Assembly (NCBI GenBank): GCA_964016885.1
Contig: OZ024740.1
Location: forward strand, 178,250,001-178,314,000
Length of the DNA stretch: 64,000 bases
Source: Eledone cirrhosa
Taxonomy: Eukaryota
Direction of reading: 5' to 3'
Shown: in pieces, positions 11,736 through 25,789 of the stretch
How positions within the stretch are numbered: position 1 is the first letter of the stretch
Layout: every line of letters begins with the position of its first letter
Notes under the pieces: model-generated
The model's database searches: none
What the model saw: only the letters and a program-made list of their open reading frames with translations
What the model was told of the DNA's origin: nothing
Program-made: the position numbers and the translations under genes

Positions 11736-13034
11736 TTTACGCGGTTGACATTTGTCACTCATATATAATTAAAACACCTTCATTAATATATATATATATA
11801 ATATATATATCAAATTACAAAACATGAGGAAATAATAGACAAAAATTTACACTATTTTTTCTTCAAAGTCCCGACTGCAGATTCGCTGATCCGTGTGCAA
11901 CTATCTCCTCATTATAAAAATGCGTCATCGCTATGAGGTTGATACGGGTTATCAAGAGACGCCTCAGAAAAAAAGGTATATTTCTTGACTACGCATTCGT
12001 AGCAAGTGAGAAAATCTCCAGAAGCGGAGGGAGGAATTTACACGTGATATATATATATATATATACACATGTGTGTGTGTGTGTGGATGGGTGTCTTCTC
12101 TTTTTAATATAAATAGTATTTGTGAAACAATTCAATGGAGGTTTAGAAATATTGTTCTCACACAAAATCGACATCGTTTCGGATAAACTAAACAATGGAA
12201 ATAATAACGTGTTTCGATTAGATAGACACACTCTTTAGATATCCATTCTTTTCCATTGATTCTGGTGTACTTTATGTGAGACTAGGCGCCACTAGCATCC
12301 CTCATCATTTCCTCTCAATACAAGAAGTGTATTACTGTTTTGGGATTCGTTTTATATTTTAATCTAACCAGTTCATAGTTTATTATATATATTTTATTGA
12401 ACTGTGAGGTATGGAAAAATCTCTAAAGCAACAAAATTAGGAAAGTTTATTCTTTACCTAAACACACAGTTTTCCATTCATTTAAGAAAATGAAATAATA
12501 GAAACAGCAAATAGTGTATTAGATTGACATATTAACGAGTTGACGAAGAGTTTTATGGTTCATATCCCTCTAACCGCTCATCGACATTGTGCAGTGAATA
12601 TTACTAAGCTATTTCTCTTAAGTTGTTCCGGTTTCGCATACATAGCTGAAAAGACCTTCAAACATTTCCGATGTAATCAACGAATGCTTCACCCAAAACA
12701 GTTGTTTATATAATTTACACGATATCAGCATACAATTTGAAAGTGGTTGAAGGAATATTGTGTTGAACAGTAAACCAACGTGTTGAAAGTTCGAATCAAT
12801 TCATCAATATTTCGTTTGGCTTAGGGTCTTAACTCGTCTGTAAATAGGTAACTATATGTTGTTGGAAATGTAGCAGCTTAAAATGTGGGAACACTATATA
12901 CAATATTTTCCCAAGGTAGCAATGCTGTTTTACTACTGTTCGTGAGCTATGTACTGACAAAAGTGTTCTATTTGCAGCGGATATCCTACACCCGGCGCAT
13001 ATGTGAATTATTACTTAACAGGAAATATAGAATT

Positions 13035-13074
<40 letters not shown>

Positions 13075-13159
13075 AGGGAATGTATTTCAGACAGCCATAT
13101 AACAATAAACTAACCCGATTCATAGATTGCTTTCACTATTGTCATTATTGTTACTGAAG

Positions 13160-13308
13160 TAAGTTCGAATCCCGCCGAGATTAGCTTCGTCTTTCATCCT
13201 TACGGGGTCGATAGAATAAAGTACCAGTAACGCACTGGGGTCGATTTAATTGACTTTCCCTTTCTCTCAAATTGTTGGTTTTGTGCCTAAATCAGAGTCC
13301 ATTATTAT
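13160..13308 (+). mobile_element. SINE family 1, 5'-truncated
   Basis: gttcgaatcccgccgag...ctttcatccttacggggtcgatagaataaagtaccagt. Confidence 0.85.
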
Positions 13309-14970
13309 ATCTGAAATTAGAGGTATTGACACACATCATGAAACTGAAACGAAAGAATGCGGTATCAGCGTTCCCCGATTAAGATACCATGAAGGCACCG
13401 GGCAGCACATAAATTGGAGATGTCAGCAACAAACTGAAGGATGGCATGTTCTTTTGTTTCTTATGGAAAACTCATCAAATGCATTGCGCAGATCGCTCGG
13501 TATTCCTGAGGTGGCGAAACTGATGCATGCGCTGAGGCTGTCACGGCTGCAGATATGCCTGAATACTGAGGAGGTAAGATTGTCACAGACAATCCTTTTG
13601 AGGGAGATGTAGTTATGTGTAGACCGAAATCCAGTACTGGGTTCCTGGCATCTGAAATTATATCAGGCACTCACAACTTTTTACCTGTCGGGAAATAGGG
13701 CTGAAGGAGAAATACCTCGACGAAAATGAACTGAAATATCTACTTTGAAAGACATTCTTTGAGTCCGTGGATTGATAATACTTCCGGTTTTTCTAGTTCG
13801 GGTTAGTGTCTACAGGTATGGAATATCCGTTAGGCGGGTTTATCGGAAATGCATGCAGAATGACGAAATCATGTGCACACTCATTCAGTCACCGAGTTTT
13901 GCTGATTATTAGAACTATGCCGTATGTAGGTTGGTGTTTATGTTTCGTAGGTCTTGTGTCCATTGCAGCATGTTGCTTTAATGTCGAGTGCCTATTGTGT
14001 AAAATGTAAGTATTCATTATAATTCTATTTGATGATGATTATGTAATGTATGTGTTGTGTTTGATCGTAATCCTATAGAATATGTGTTGTGCGAGTTGTT
14101 TTATTTTATTTGGTCGTAATTGAATAGAGTATGGGTTAGCAAAATCGTTAGAACATTGGACAGAACAACATTTGGTGTGTGTTCCGGATATTTACACTGC
14201 GAGCTCAAATCCTACAGAGACCATTCGTCATTCTACGATTGATGAAATAAAGTTGACATAGTCAACACAGCCCACATATTTCCGACCTTGTTCACAGTTT
14301 AAAAGCCATTACTATAAATATCTACATATTTTAAACTTATTCGTAAACAATATCTTGCTCTGAAGACGTTGCTTTATGTTATTCAGGAATAATTACTTTA
14401 TACTGACAAAAATATAGAAAATATAACCATTATATTAGGTTAACAGGAATTAAAAGAAAAGCTTCAAGGAAAATAGTTTTTGCTTCTCGTTTTGGAAATT
14501 TTCACAGGAGAAATATTTTTAGAAGAAACTACTTTGAATTAGTTTTAAAAAGAATTTTAAAACTACAGAAAATTGATTGGTTGTTCTATGCAATGTTTTG
14601 CTTGTTTACTACAAATAAAGAACTACATAAATATAGATACACACACATACACACAGAGGGAGATGTCTCTCTCTCTCTCGTCTTCCCTCTCTTTCTCTCT
14701 TTATATATATATATAGGGGTAACGTGCAGCTACTGTAGGTTCACCCGAGTGAGCACTCGATGCGTAGTTTCCAGTCTGTAAAGAGTTGTAGAACTAAATG
14801 TAATTATAATAATAAAAGGACCATTGTTATGTCTTCATTACCTTTATTGATTAGTGACGCGCGTTTCGCTATAGATCAGTTCAAGGTACGATCTCTATTG
14901 ATCCAGCCCGACTCTGTAATCAAAAGCTTGTCGGACCTCTGCTGTGGTATATATATATATATATATATAT

Positions 14971-16090
14971 AAATTAATAAAATAATGAATAAACAAAGAA
15001 ACAGTTCCTTATATTAAAAAAATTCATCATTTTACGATCGTTTCTAGGATATATATGTGTTAGAGTTGGTATGCATATTCTATAGATCTATGTACAATAT
15101 TTATACATACCTACACATATATATGCTGTCTTCAGAAATTTCCCCTCATCTTTAACACCACTTTTCTACTGCATCTAACTCTTATTTATCATATCTATAT
15201 GTATTAGTATAATTTTATCAACATAAATATACCCATCAATTAAATTAATTTATATTCTTTTCATAAATGTATTTTTTCCACTAACATTCTTATCTTAAAA
15301 CTTTAGTCACCTTAGATATTTGTATTGGCATTACTATTTTATAACAGCAACTGCTTGTATACCTTTTACTGACCACCTGACCTATTTTCACCCCTAAAAT
15401 AAGCTTCAATTACTACTATTTTACCATTTGGCCAATTATTAACTTTCTATTGGTTAATTCTAAACCCCTTACCAAACAGACAGAATATATTAGATCTTTG
15501 TTGGTTTTATTCAATGAAAAAATGAAAAAATAAAATTATTTCTGAGGTCAGCATAAGACCTATTTCTTCCCTAAAATAATCCTTCATTCATAATATTCTT
15601 TTCCATCCAAAACTGAATTCTACCTTCCTCTACCCATAATTTAAGGTTCTTCTACTACTATATTACTATCCTGACCCTCACTATCTCTCTATTGGTCAAT
15701 TCAAAACCTGTTCCCAAACAGACCTATTGTATTGAATCTTTGTTTTTTTCAATAAACAAATATCATTATTTCTGAAGACAGCATATATATGTGTAGGTAT
15801 GTATATTTCCTCTGATAGTTTGTATAAATATTGTACATAGATCTATAGAATATGCATACGAACTCTAACACATATATATCCTAGAAACGATCGTAAAATG
15901 ATGAATTTTTTTAATATAAGGAACTGTTTCTTTGTTTATTCATTATTTTATTAATTTATCTTGATTCTGTTTTCCGTTTATTTTTCACCGAAAGTAGTTT
16001 TTGAATGCATCTTCTCTTTTCATGATATCCGGATTACATTGAGTTCTTCATACGGATTGGACACTACCGTAAACTTTTGGTAGATTTATC
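14971..16090 (+). mobile_element. PLE pLTR-like element with about 170-190 bp inverted repeats, each containing a hammerhead
   Basis: Inverted repeats 14971-15139 / 15768-15958 (one indel of about 22 nt), flanked by (TA)n. Confidence 0.8.
15763..15904 (+). ncRNA. Type I hammerhead, long stem II, minimal palindromic stem III (inverted copy at 15024-15139, minus)
   Basis: UCAUUAUUU-CUGAAGA-..AUAUAUAUGUGU..ACACAUAUAUAU..-GAAA-CGAUCG-UA-AAAUGAUGA. Confidence 0.75.
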
Positions 16091-16153
<63 letters not shown>

Positions 16154-16244
16154 GTATATATATATATAGAATAGGATTGGCTGTGTAGTTGCTAGTTAAG
16201 TTAGGGTTAAAAATGGAATGAGAATAAGTTCTGGGGGTAGATAT

Positions 16245-16337
<93 letters not shown>

Positions 16338-16338
<1 letters not shown>

Positions 16339-16915
16339 ACCATACCGGACGGAGTCGCTGGAAGACCGCCGCTGCAAAGGCTACAAAATAAATTTCCAAA
16401 TACGGTCGCGAATTTTAATGAACTTGTTCACGTGACAGTCATAATTTCATTTATGACCAATCAAATTACATTTATAAAAAAAAGCCTTCGTGAGCCACTT
16501 TTTTTTAAAGTAAAAAGAAATTCAAACAAATTGGCGCGAAAGCTGATGTGCTTATTCACGTGACTGCATCAACCAACAAAACTTCACTCATATATGAAAA
16601 AACAACCTGAGCTCCCGCCCCCCTTTGTTTGAAGAACTCTGTAACGCGACCTGGCGCGAAATTTATTATACTTATTCACCAACCAATCCAATTACTTCTC
16701 TAAAAACTTGGCGTTTTGAGCCACTTTTTTCCATATAAAACAAGTAACATTCAAAGACCAACCAGATGTGAGAAAAACCACAGACGTTCCATCTCAACTG
16801 TACTTTTGAAAAGCAGAAGAACTGCGAAACGGTAAAGGAACCAAATAAATATATATATTTTTTTTAAAATAAGACTCTAGTTGCATTTTCGATTTCATCT
16901 TTTTTCCTGATATAC

Positions 16916-16918
<3 letters not shown>
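16338..16918 (+). mobile_element. (TA)n-embedded repeat, same family as the 44-kb palindrome, with hammerhead-like motif at 16803-16837
   Basis: 16585-16904 is highly similar to 44420-44740. Confidence 0.85.
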
Positions 16919-16994
<76 letters not shown>

Positions 16995-17137
16995 GTATAA
17001 ATATATATGTACATATGTATATATATATATATATATATAATATAATATATTATGTATACTCCAGTCCTACAAACTGTAGAGTGCTTCTTATCCGATATCT
17101 GCATTGCTTTATTGTACTACAATAAAAACTCACCTCC

Positions 17138-17196
<59 letters not shown>

Positions 17197-17200
<4 letters not shown>

Positions 17201-17950
17201 TATAATGTATGTCCATAGAGTCATTTGATAATATATATACACCATTTCCTCTCCCAATTAGCATAATCAACCGCACAAAAAATCAATTAAACCAGGCTAT
17301 AAGTTTAAAAGGCACCTATGAAGAAATAGTAGATAAATAAACGACAGGAATTTATTCGCGATCAACCGCTATAGAATATTTACCCAACATTTCAATAACA
17401 CGTGGAAATCGATTAAATATACCGTCAACCATACACAATTAGGTATAAAATTAAAGTTAGAAGAAAACATGCATATACACATACCAGGATTACGTTTCTA
17501 CCCTTAGGGTTTCGTTCGCTTTCGGAAATATCCTATCAAGGATAAAATCTCGAGCTTCGAACTCATCAGGAAACAAACTCATTTGGACAAAGAATTTTCT
17601 TAAGTGATCCCAGCCAGAAACGAATACAGCCAGAAAGAATATGATTGGTGGCTTACGACGAGTGGGCTGGTTGCTAGAAAGCGCAGCCCAATATTGCCCA
17701 AATTGCATCTCAACCTTATGGGAGATTATCAAATATAAAGATTTACATATACACAAACTAGACAAAGTCACAGATATATATGTTTTGGCAACCATTCACG
17801 ATGTGGCTCAATGATTAATTAATAAATAATCAGAGCAATATACTATAAAGTATGAGCAATATACTATAAAGTATGAGCAATATACTATAAAGTATGTCCA
17901 TAGAATCATTTGATAATATATATACACCATTTCCTCTCCCAATTAGCATA
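17197..17950 (-). mobile_element. Retrozyme-like / PLE-derived element with 69-bp terminal direct repeats in (TA)n
   Basis: Direct repeats 17197-17265 / 17882-17950, 21-bp unit x3 at 17833-17895, internal hammerhead. Confidence 0.8.
17494..17574 (-). ncRNA. Type I hammerhead ribozyme
   Basis: GUUUC-CUGAUGA-GUUCG..CGAAC-GAAA-CCCUAAGGG-UA-GAAAC. Confidence 0.92.
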
Positions 17951-17996
17951 TATATATATATTTAAAAAAATAGAGGTGTGACACATGAGTTGTGAT

Positions 17997-18488
<492 letters not shown>

Positions 18489-19453
18489 ATCTCATAGAGT
18501 TTAACCAGAGTGTGTAATCTCACTCGTCACGCTTGGCCAATTGCAGGTTGTTGATGTTATCTAACCCATAGTTGGAGTGGAATACATTCGCTCTTTGATT
18601 GCTCTTGTATTGTGCTGTTGGGTTTCCACTTACCCTCCTCTCCAGACCAGCTGTATGAAATGACTATTGTCTTACAAAGCCATCTGAAGCTTGTTTGTGA
18701 CAAATGAACTGAACATAGGACTCGTACCTAGATTCTCTAATAGTTTTCTTACAGGTTTTAGTTCTAATGTACTTGCTCTCAGAAAATCTCATACACTAGT
18801 GCCTATGGCGCCTCTTAACTGATCTGGTTACTTAGAATTACAGCATCACATGTACTGTTAATATTAATAGCATGTTTTATTTTGGAATTTTATCTCATGT
18901 TAACTTAATTTAATTTATATTAATTAATATCGCGTTAATTTAATTAGCGGTGAGCTTATTTAATTTAAGTAGAATCTTATTTAACCTAAATCAAATTAAA
19001 TACAATTGGGTTTTATTTAATTAGAAACGAGCTTAATAAAATTTGATTAGTGGTAATACTAATAAAAATCGTATGGAGTTAACTGACGGAAGGTATGGTG
19101 TATACGACCGAAATTTAATTTTGGTGGTCTTCCTTTCACCAGACTGTAAACGATAGGTAATAAGGTGGTCTGAAATAAACAAACTATACCTTTAGATGCG
19201 CAAATACGCTTCAGTTATCGGTGATTAGATACTGAACTACTGAAATTTCATTTTCATAAAAAATTTTTTTACTTTGGTTTGTATTGCATTTTTAGTTCAA
19301 CCCCAATTATTATTTTACAATTTGTAAATGAATCTAACCTGATGTGAATCCTTGCGTAAAACAGGTTCACCCAAAAATTACATATATAGATAGATATACA
19401 TGCATATATATCTATATCTATTAGTGTATACACACAAACAAACACACACACAT

Positions 19454-19556
<103 letters not shown>

Positions 19557-20100
19557 TATATATAGAACTTGTTGTCATCTGATACACTAAAGATAAAAAT
19601 ACCTCTTAATTGGCTATCAGGATGCTCAATTGTTGTTTAAGAGTTAAATGCAATAAACAATAAAAATGAAATATTGTTGAATGTCTCATATATTCTAATT
19701 AGAAGCTATAATTGTATATACACTGTAGAATCTCATCCGTAGGGAAAACACCAAAAACCTCATAACAAAATAGAAAATCAATATCAATTGATTAATGTAA
19801 AAATGGTTTTAACAGTCTGAAGTTATTTCGTAACACATTATAGAAATATACACAAAATATTTTCTAGAAGTTGTTAACAATTTCTATTGTATACACTTCA
19901 ATATACTTAATTTTCTCAAATAAGATGAGACGGACACACGTGGGCGCCGACACACACAATCACACAAGCACCTACACACGCACACACACACATATATATA
20001 TATATATATACAATATATGCATATATGTTCTCCCGTATTGTTATGGTTACGTGCCTTTATAAAGAAGTGTGTTATCAGGGCAGGTGAAGAAATCTCTAAT

Positions 20101-20135
<35 letters not shown>

Positions 20136-20136
20136 A

Positions 20137-20169
<33 letters not shown>

Positions 20170-21239
20170 ATTTTTCTTCCTTTTTCCCTTCTTGTCAGCT
20201 TCTATTTTCTACTTTCTTCATAATCTAATGGAATGCCTGACCGACACGTCCAGGGGAAACTGTTAAATAAGACTTAGTATCAGGTCAACTTCCTGTTTTC
20301 TTCTGTCCAAAGAAGAAAGTTGAATACATCACAGCAAAATTTACATAAACATCTATTTGTTTTTTATTGTTTAGTCAGAGGCACGATCAATACTCAAGAG
20401 TCTTCTGATGGTTTTTGTGACTTGAAGATTGGATAGAGTGAATGAAGAAGGAAGGTTTTCTCAGAGCAGATACCTAGTCCGAATATTTGCAACAAAGGCC
20501 GTGATGGGATTGGAACTGTGAATGCTTGGAGTCGAAATAAATCCTTCGGTGTCCTAACAATCCAGCATGATCCACAGTCCAATACGGTCTGGTTACTTAT
20601 CAACCTCGGCAGGATAAATGTGACAGCTGGCCAGAAGGATGATTTTAACTCAGAATGCATAGATCGGGGATAAATGCCTCATCATATTTATCTTTATATC
20701 GAAAGTATAAAGATTAGTGTCATTTGCAAGTTTCTTGCAAGCCAATCACTAGTTACTGCATTTCTGATGTGGAGAGTGGCAAAGGAATTTCATCAGCTTT
20801 TCGGGTTTTTCGTTTCTTTTGCAGATACTCATATATACTTTGCGATATACATCAGCAAAGGATACCAAATCCCAGTCACAAGGTATTGGCTTTCTGAGGC
20901 TGTGGCTGCAGATATTTGCCCAAGGTGTCATAGAACTCGGTCTATATGTTTCTGATGCGGATCTTAATTACAAACCCGGATCTGTGCATACTTGTTAATT
21001 ATTTTCTTGGGAAGGGATTGTAAACGAAAATGTATATATATGGAGTAACGGAAGCACACGTTTTAATTTCATATTGTATTGAAAACTACAATTTGTTACT
21101 GAAAAATAAATGAGTTAATGGTTAACCCTTAAAATGTGTGTATGTGCCAACATTCTTAACCCTTTCGTATGAGACTGTCATCCTACCTCCACCCTAATAT
21201 GTTGTCCTGCTCATGGTCACCCCGGAGGACGGTGAGAGA

Positions 21240-22000
21240 GAGACGTGCAGGAAAAGAAGCTACCACAAAATCCCGGATCAGCAAGACACACCTTTAGGAA
21301 AACCCCTTATACTGATATAAATTGTATAGTCTGTAAGATAAGCCCATCGATCGATACGATAAACTATAGAAATGTAGTCTATAGGATAAGATGGAGAGAC
21401 GATGGAGAAACAAGACAGCAACATGCGTGGGAGAGACAGCCCGTAGTATATGAGAGAGATTAAAGGATCACTGGTGAGAACTTAGAGGAGAAAAGATCAT
21501 TAGTGCTATATCAACGTGCCAAACTAGAACATGAGAGCTCAGTAGATAACATAGAAATAAATATCCTATCCACACATAGGACTGCTACAACACTCAGACA
21601 AATTACGGAGGCCACCCACATAACAGAAGTTATTACTAGCCTGAACAGAAAACATGAGTTGAATAGTAACAGCTCGCAACTTAACGGTGAAGACAGAAGA
21701 GGGATAAATGTGAAACAAACAGCAAAACAGCAAGTGATATAAGCCCCCACACAGATAAAACACACGTAAACATGACAAACCAAAAACACATACACACACG
21801 GAGATGCAGGTGCTAACGCATCCGCTGGCACGAAACACAAAAAACGCACCACAAAACAAACAAAGAGAATATGGAGTAGAAGTTTAAGATCGGGAACAAG
21901 AGGAGGCGCAAAACAGATAATCATTGATGATGTTACATAATGAGTGACGAAAGAACTTTGACAAATAAATGAATGCAGAACAATAAAGATAACGATAAAG
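21240..22000 (+). mobile_element. Penelope-like element remnant: GIY-YIG endonuclease + degenerate hammerhead at 21921-21961
   Basis: NCIVCK..RNVVYRI..CVGETARSI*ERLKDHW..EHESSVDNIEINILST..LRQITEATHI, followed by UCA-UUGAUGA-(U)GUUAC..GUGAC-GAAA. Confidence 0.75.
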
Positions 22001-22273
22001 TTATATGGGAGCGTGTGTTTCTTTCTATTGGTAACATAGGCAACATGACCATCCTCAAATAACAACATCGGTTTCAACACACGATTTCACACGGAGAATC
22101 TTGCACAACAAATACACAAACGAAGCAAAAAAATATATTTGTATAAAATAGAAAAAGATTAAATAGAAGTGTGAAAATGAGAAGACTGCTGCTGATGATG
22201 ATGATGATAATGATGAAACATGTTTCATACGTGTTTGGTAATTGAATAAAAATAGCTTCGAGAATCTGACGTT

Positions 22274-22367
<94 letters not shown>

Positions 22368-22704
22368 TAATAAAAAATACTGGCAAAAACAACAACAAAA
22401 ATATCGAACGAAAATTCTAGACAACAATAAATGCTTTGATTCCATGACTTCGTGACAAATCAACTGATGTTAAAAAGTTTTGCGATATAATCACACAATA
22501 GATAGTAGATGTAGAATTTGAAGAATTTGCTTCGTACTGACCAAATTTAGCAGCCGAGTCACACAAGACTAATAGGTGAACATTCTTCACATATATATCT
22601 TATGGTCGGTGATGTCGTTCATTCCTGATTGCTTGAGGAGAAAATTAGTAAGACATATTGGATTGTTTTTGATTTATCAGGTTATAATCAAGCGAGAAGA
22701 CGTC

Positions 22705-22825
22705 TTCGAGATGAGGGTGTTTGGCTAACGATCGTAAGGTCATGAATTCCATTCTCGATGGCACATTGTTACCGTAAGCCAGGCACTTTATTTTCAGTTA
22801 CTTTAGTCCACTCAGCTATAACAAT
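22705..22825 (+). mobile_element. SINE family 2, diverged
   Basis: tRNA-like head followed by aggcactttatttt...agtccactcagct, related to 43175-43310. Confidence 0.5.
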
Positions 22826-22999
22826 ATATGTTGTATCTGTTATTCAAATGGCTAGCTGCAGAATTATGCTAACTAGCAGAAAAAACCGCCCTTCGAGCGG
22901 TTTTCTGCTAGCATATGTAGTGTGAATATTGGTATTATACGCAAATATATATGCATATAGATATATGTAAATTGAAATGTAAATTGATAATATCTTCTT

Positions 23000-23625
23000 C
23001 ACACACTTATTTCTGAGAGTATAGTGGGGGCAGAGTCCTTCTCAAACACTCCTTCCAGCGAGTCTGTCAGTAGCAAACATCTCTAACTGATCCAGCTGGA
23101 TCCCAAAGCGTGACCAGCCAAGCTCATGGATGTTATCCAACTATCTTGCTCAGGGTCTACCTCTGGGTCTCTTGCCGGTTGGTTTTGCCTGTAAAATGTG
23201 TCCAGCGATTCTTTACTGAGACATTCTAACCACATGCTCATAATATCGGAGTTGTGATCTCTCAATTCGGAGAAGTAGCGGCTCTACCAGAAGTGACTCT
23301 CTGGTCTCTGAGCTATGCACTTTATCGAGTAACGTTACTCCAAAGACCCTTCGGAGGAATCCCATTTCTGCCACTATTATTTGCAATTGTATTCTTTTGG
23401 TCATTATTCAAGATTCATGATCCTCGGTAAGAGTTGGCAGGAATACCAGGAAGACAGCGAGTTTGGCTTTTACACTTACCCGCCTTCATCTGATTGCTGA
23501 GCCTGGCGCATTACTGCATCAGCTTTTGCAATTCTTGCACTTAATTCAGCCTCCTGCATTCCATCACTCATGAACACGACTCCAAGATACTTGAACTACT
23601 CTAACTGCTTCAGTAGAACTCCCTT
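23000..23625 (-). mobile_element. RTE family B 3' fragment
   Basis: AEMGFLRRVFGVTLLDKVHSSETRESLLVEPLLLRIERSQLRYYEHVVRMSQ. Confidence 0.88.
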
Positions 23626-23834
23626 CACATTTATATACATTTGAGGGACTTCTGTCCACCCGTCCATCACGCAATGTTTATGTGTGTTTGTGTGAATGTA
23701 TGTGTGTGTAAAAGGAAGGAAAGGGATACACACATATATATGTCTAACTTAAAAACAGTGACACACACACGTGTCTCTAGTTTAAGAACGCCGACAAACT
23801 CATGCGCGCGCACATACTGTCCTATTACCACTTA

Positions 23835-24265
23835 AGAGCTTTGGCCCGGGCAAACATCCCCTCAATTTTGGAACCATCTCGGTTGTCCTGAATTGATGGC
23901 AAAAGACTTGACAGTCTTACTCTGTGCTCCTGGTCAAGAGGCAGGTGCCTTACCTGGGACGTCACAGTTGGTGACTATTTTGCTTCGTCCCACAATTTTA
24001 ATGTAGAGGTAAGAGCGAGAGCTACAGATCCGCAGCTGAACGGAACAAAATCCTAAAATGCCGTGTTCTGTTAGCTAACTACATTATCTAGCCTCTGGCG
24101 TTCGAAGGTTTGGCAGAGTCGGGCTACTGACAGCGAGATTCTTATCTTCACTGGCGGCTCGACAAACAGAGGTAACTGGTGATGCTTGTGAAGGCACTTG
24201 GTTGTTCCAGCACCTCAGCGTTGCCATCACTCTAGGTAACGCTGCGAGCGTGCTGGCCTGCCTAA
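23835..24265 (+). mobile_element. CRE-like RLE endonuclease fragment
   Basis: ILEPSRLS*IDGKRLDSLTLCSWSRGRCLTWDVTVGDYFASS...QHLSVAITLGNAASVL. Confidence 0.8.
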
Positions 24266-24440
24266 AAAATTATTAGAGAGATTTCCCAGTGCTCCTCTCT
24301 ATATTTTTTGCTCTGGTAGTGACTCGTTCCCACTCTTTCGCCTGCATTTTGTTCTATGTGGACTAAGATGTGTGTATTACGTGCTTGTGTATTTTTTCTC
24401 TTTCTTTTTTCCTTTCCCTTTCCTTTGTATATATTATATT

Positions 24441-24822
24441 GAATTGGCAGTATCGGTAGAGGGTCGGACGCCATGCTTTCCAGCATAGTTACGTCCCTTT
24501 ACGGTCTGAGTTCAAATCCTGTCGAGGTTAACTTTACCTTTCATCCTGACGGGGTCGATAAAATAAAGTACCAGTAATGCACTGGGACCATTGCTGGCCT
24601 TGTGCCAAACGTAGAAACAATTATTAAAAGGGTGGTGGATTGGCAGTACCGGTAGAGGGTCGGATGCCATGATTTGCAGCATAGAGTTACGGCCCTTTAT
24701 GATCTGAGTTCAAATCCCACCGAGGTTAACTTTGCCTTTCATCCTTACGGCGTCGATAAAATAAAGTACCGGTAATACACTGAGATAATTGCTGGCCTTG
24801 TGCCAAATGTAGAAACAATTAT
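24441..24822 (+). mobile_element. Two head-to-tail SINE family 1 copies (24441-24625, 24631-24822)
   Basis: A box tggcagtatcggtagag, B box gagttcaaatcc, central gcctttcatccttacggggtcgataaaataaagtaccagt (Meta-domain-like), tail gtagaaacaattatt. Confidence 0.92.
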
Positions 24823-25615
24823 ATTTGTTAGTGTTTTCGTTCTGTAACCATTATATTAAATGAGTTTTACAAAAAAAGAGTTAATAAATAAATAAAGAGT
24901 TAATGAATAAATAAAATGTCATACTTGTTTTACCCTCCCATTTCCAATTCACCGAACGCTGCTATCATGACTGTATGTATCTGTTTGTGTAAATGTATAT
25001 GTGTGAATGTATGTATGTTTGGGTGAAAGTACGTGTGAATGTATGTGTATTTATCTGAATGTCCGTGAGCGTCTATTTTTATAAGTTATATACTCATACA
25101 TATAGATGTATGTATGTGCATACTCATACGCCTGGGCGTGTAGAAAATCATAATCTTTCTATCTCTCTCATCACACACTCTCTCTTTCTCTATATATGGT
25201 AGTTCAAGTGGTGGTGGTGGTGACGATATACCGGAAGCGTAGAAATGTGAATGAAACTTTGAAAAGAAGTCAATTTTAAATTATTAATGTTTACGAAATT
25301 TAGTACATAAATTATGTAATATTCATTCATTATTAAGTAATCCAATTTATTTTACTAACTGGATTAAAAGAAATAAACCGTACGCAGTCTCGCAGTCCTT
25401 ACTTTATTATAGTTTAGATAGTACATGTGTCTGTGGAATGTTCGACCATTTGCACGTTAATTCCACGAGATGGCTGTTCCGTTGAACGAACAACTGGAAC
25501 ACTCTTCGGAACTGCCGGAGGTCCAACACACTCATGCACACACCTCCCCCCACACATTACAATTTTACTTTTTCTTTAGATGGAATTCTGTAGCTAATAT
25601 TTCAGAATATAAGGC

Positions 25616-25789
25616 AGTAGTTTCCAACCGAAAAAAGTAAAATTTGGCATCTGTGAGTCATATTTGCAGAAGCTGTGGTGTAAAACATAAAAATATGCAC
25701 GCACTACAAAGCTGAGGAGATAATTGCGACTAGTTTGATGATGGTTTTTAAAAGAGTTTCTTGATGGTGAAAAGCTTGAGAAACACTAG
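25616..25789. mobile_element. Possible hAT-type MITE
   Basis: Imperfect termini cagtagtttccaacc ... gcttgagaaacactag. Confidence 0.35.

Noticed and set aside
12160-12270. HHR-like 3' half on the minus strand (GGAUA..UAUCC-GAAA-CGAU-GUC with a possible stem I)
   Set aside because: The segment where CUGANGA should lie is 13 nt and does not match.
13311-13990. Possible degraded LINE fragment on the minus strand
   Set aside because: Motifs are too eroded to assign.
17833-17895. Short direct repeats resembling a CRISPR array (also 46577-46700)
   Set aside because: No unique spacers, eukaryotic context and no cas genes; these are simple tandem duplications.
20380-20960. Protein-like short ORFs
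   Set aside because: No recognisable motif or consistent splice signals.
22872-22911. Hairpin ctagcagaaaaaaccgcccttcgagcggttttctgctag resembling a terminator or Helitron end
   Set aside because: Isolated, with no matching other end identified.
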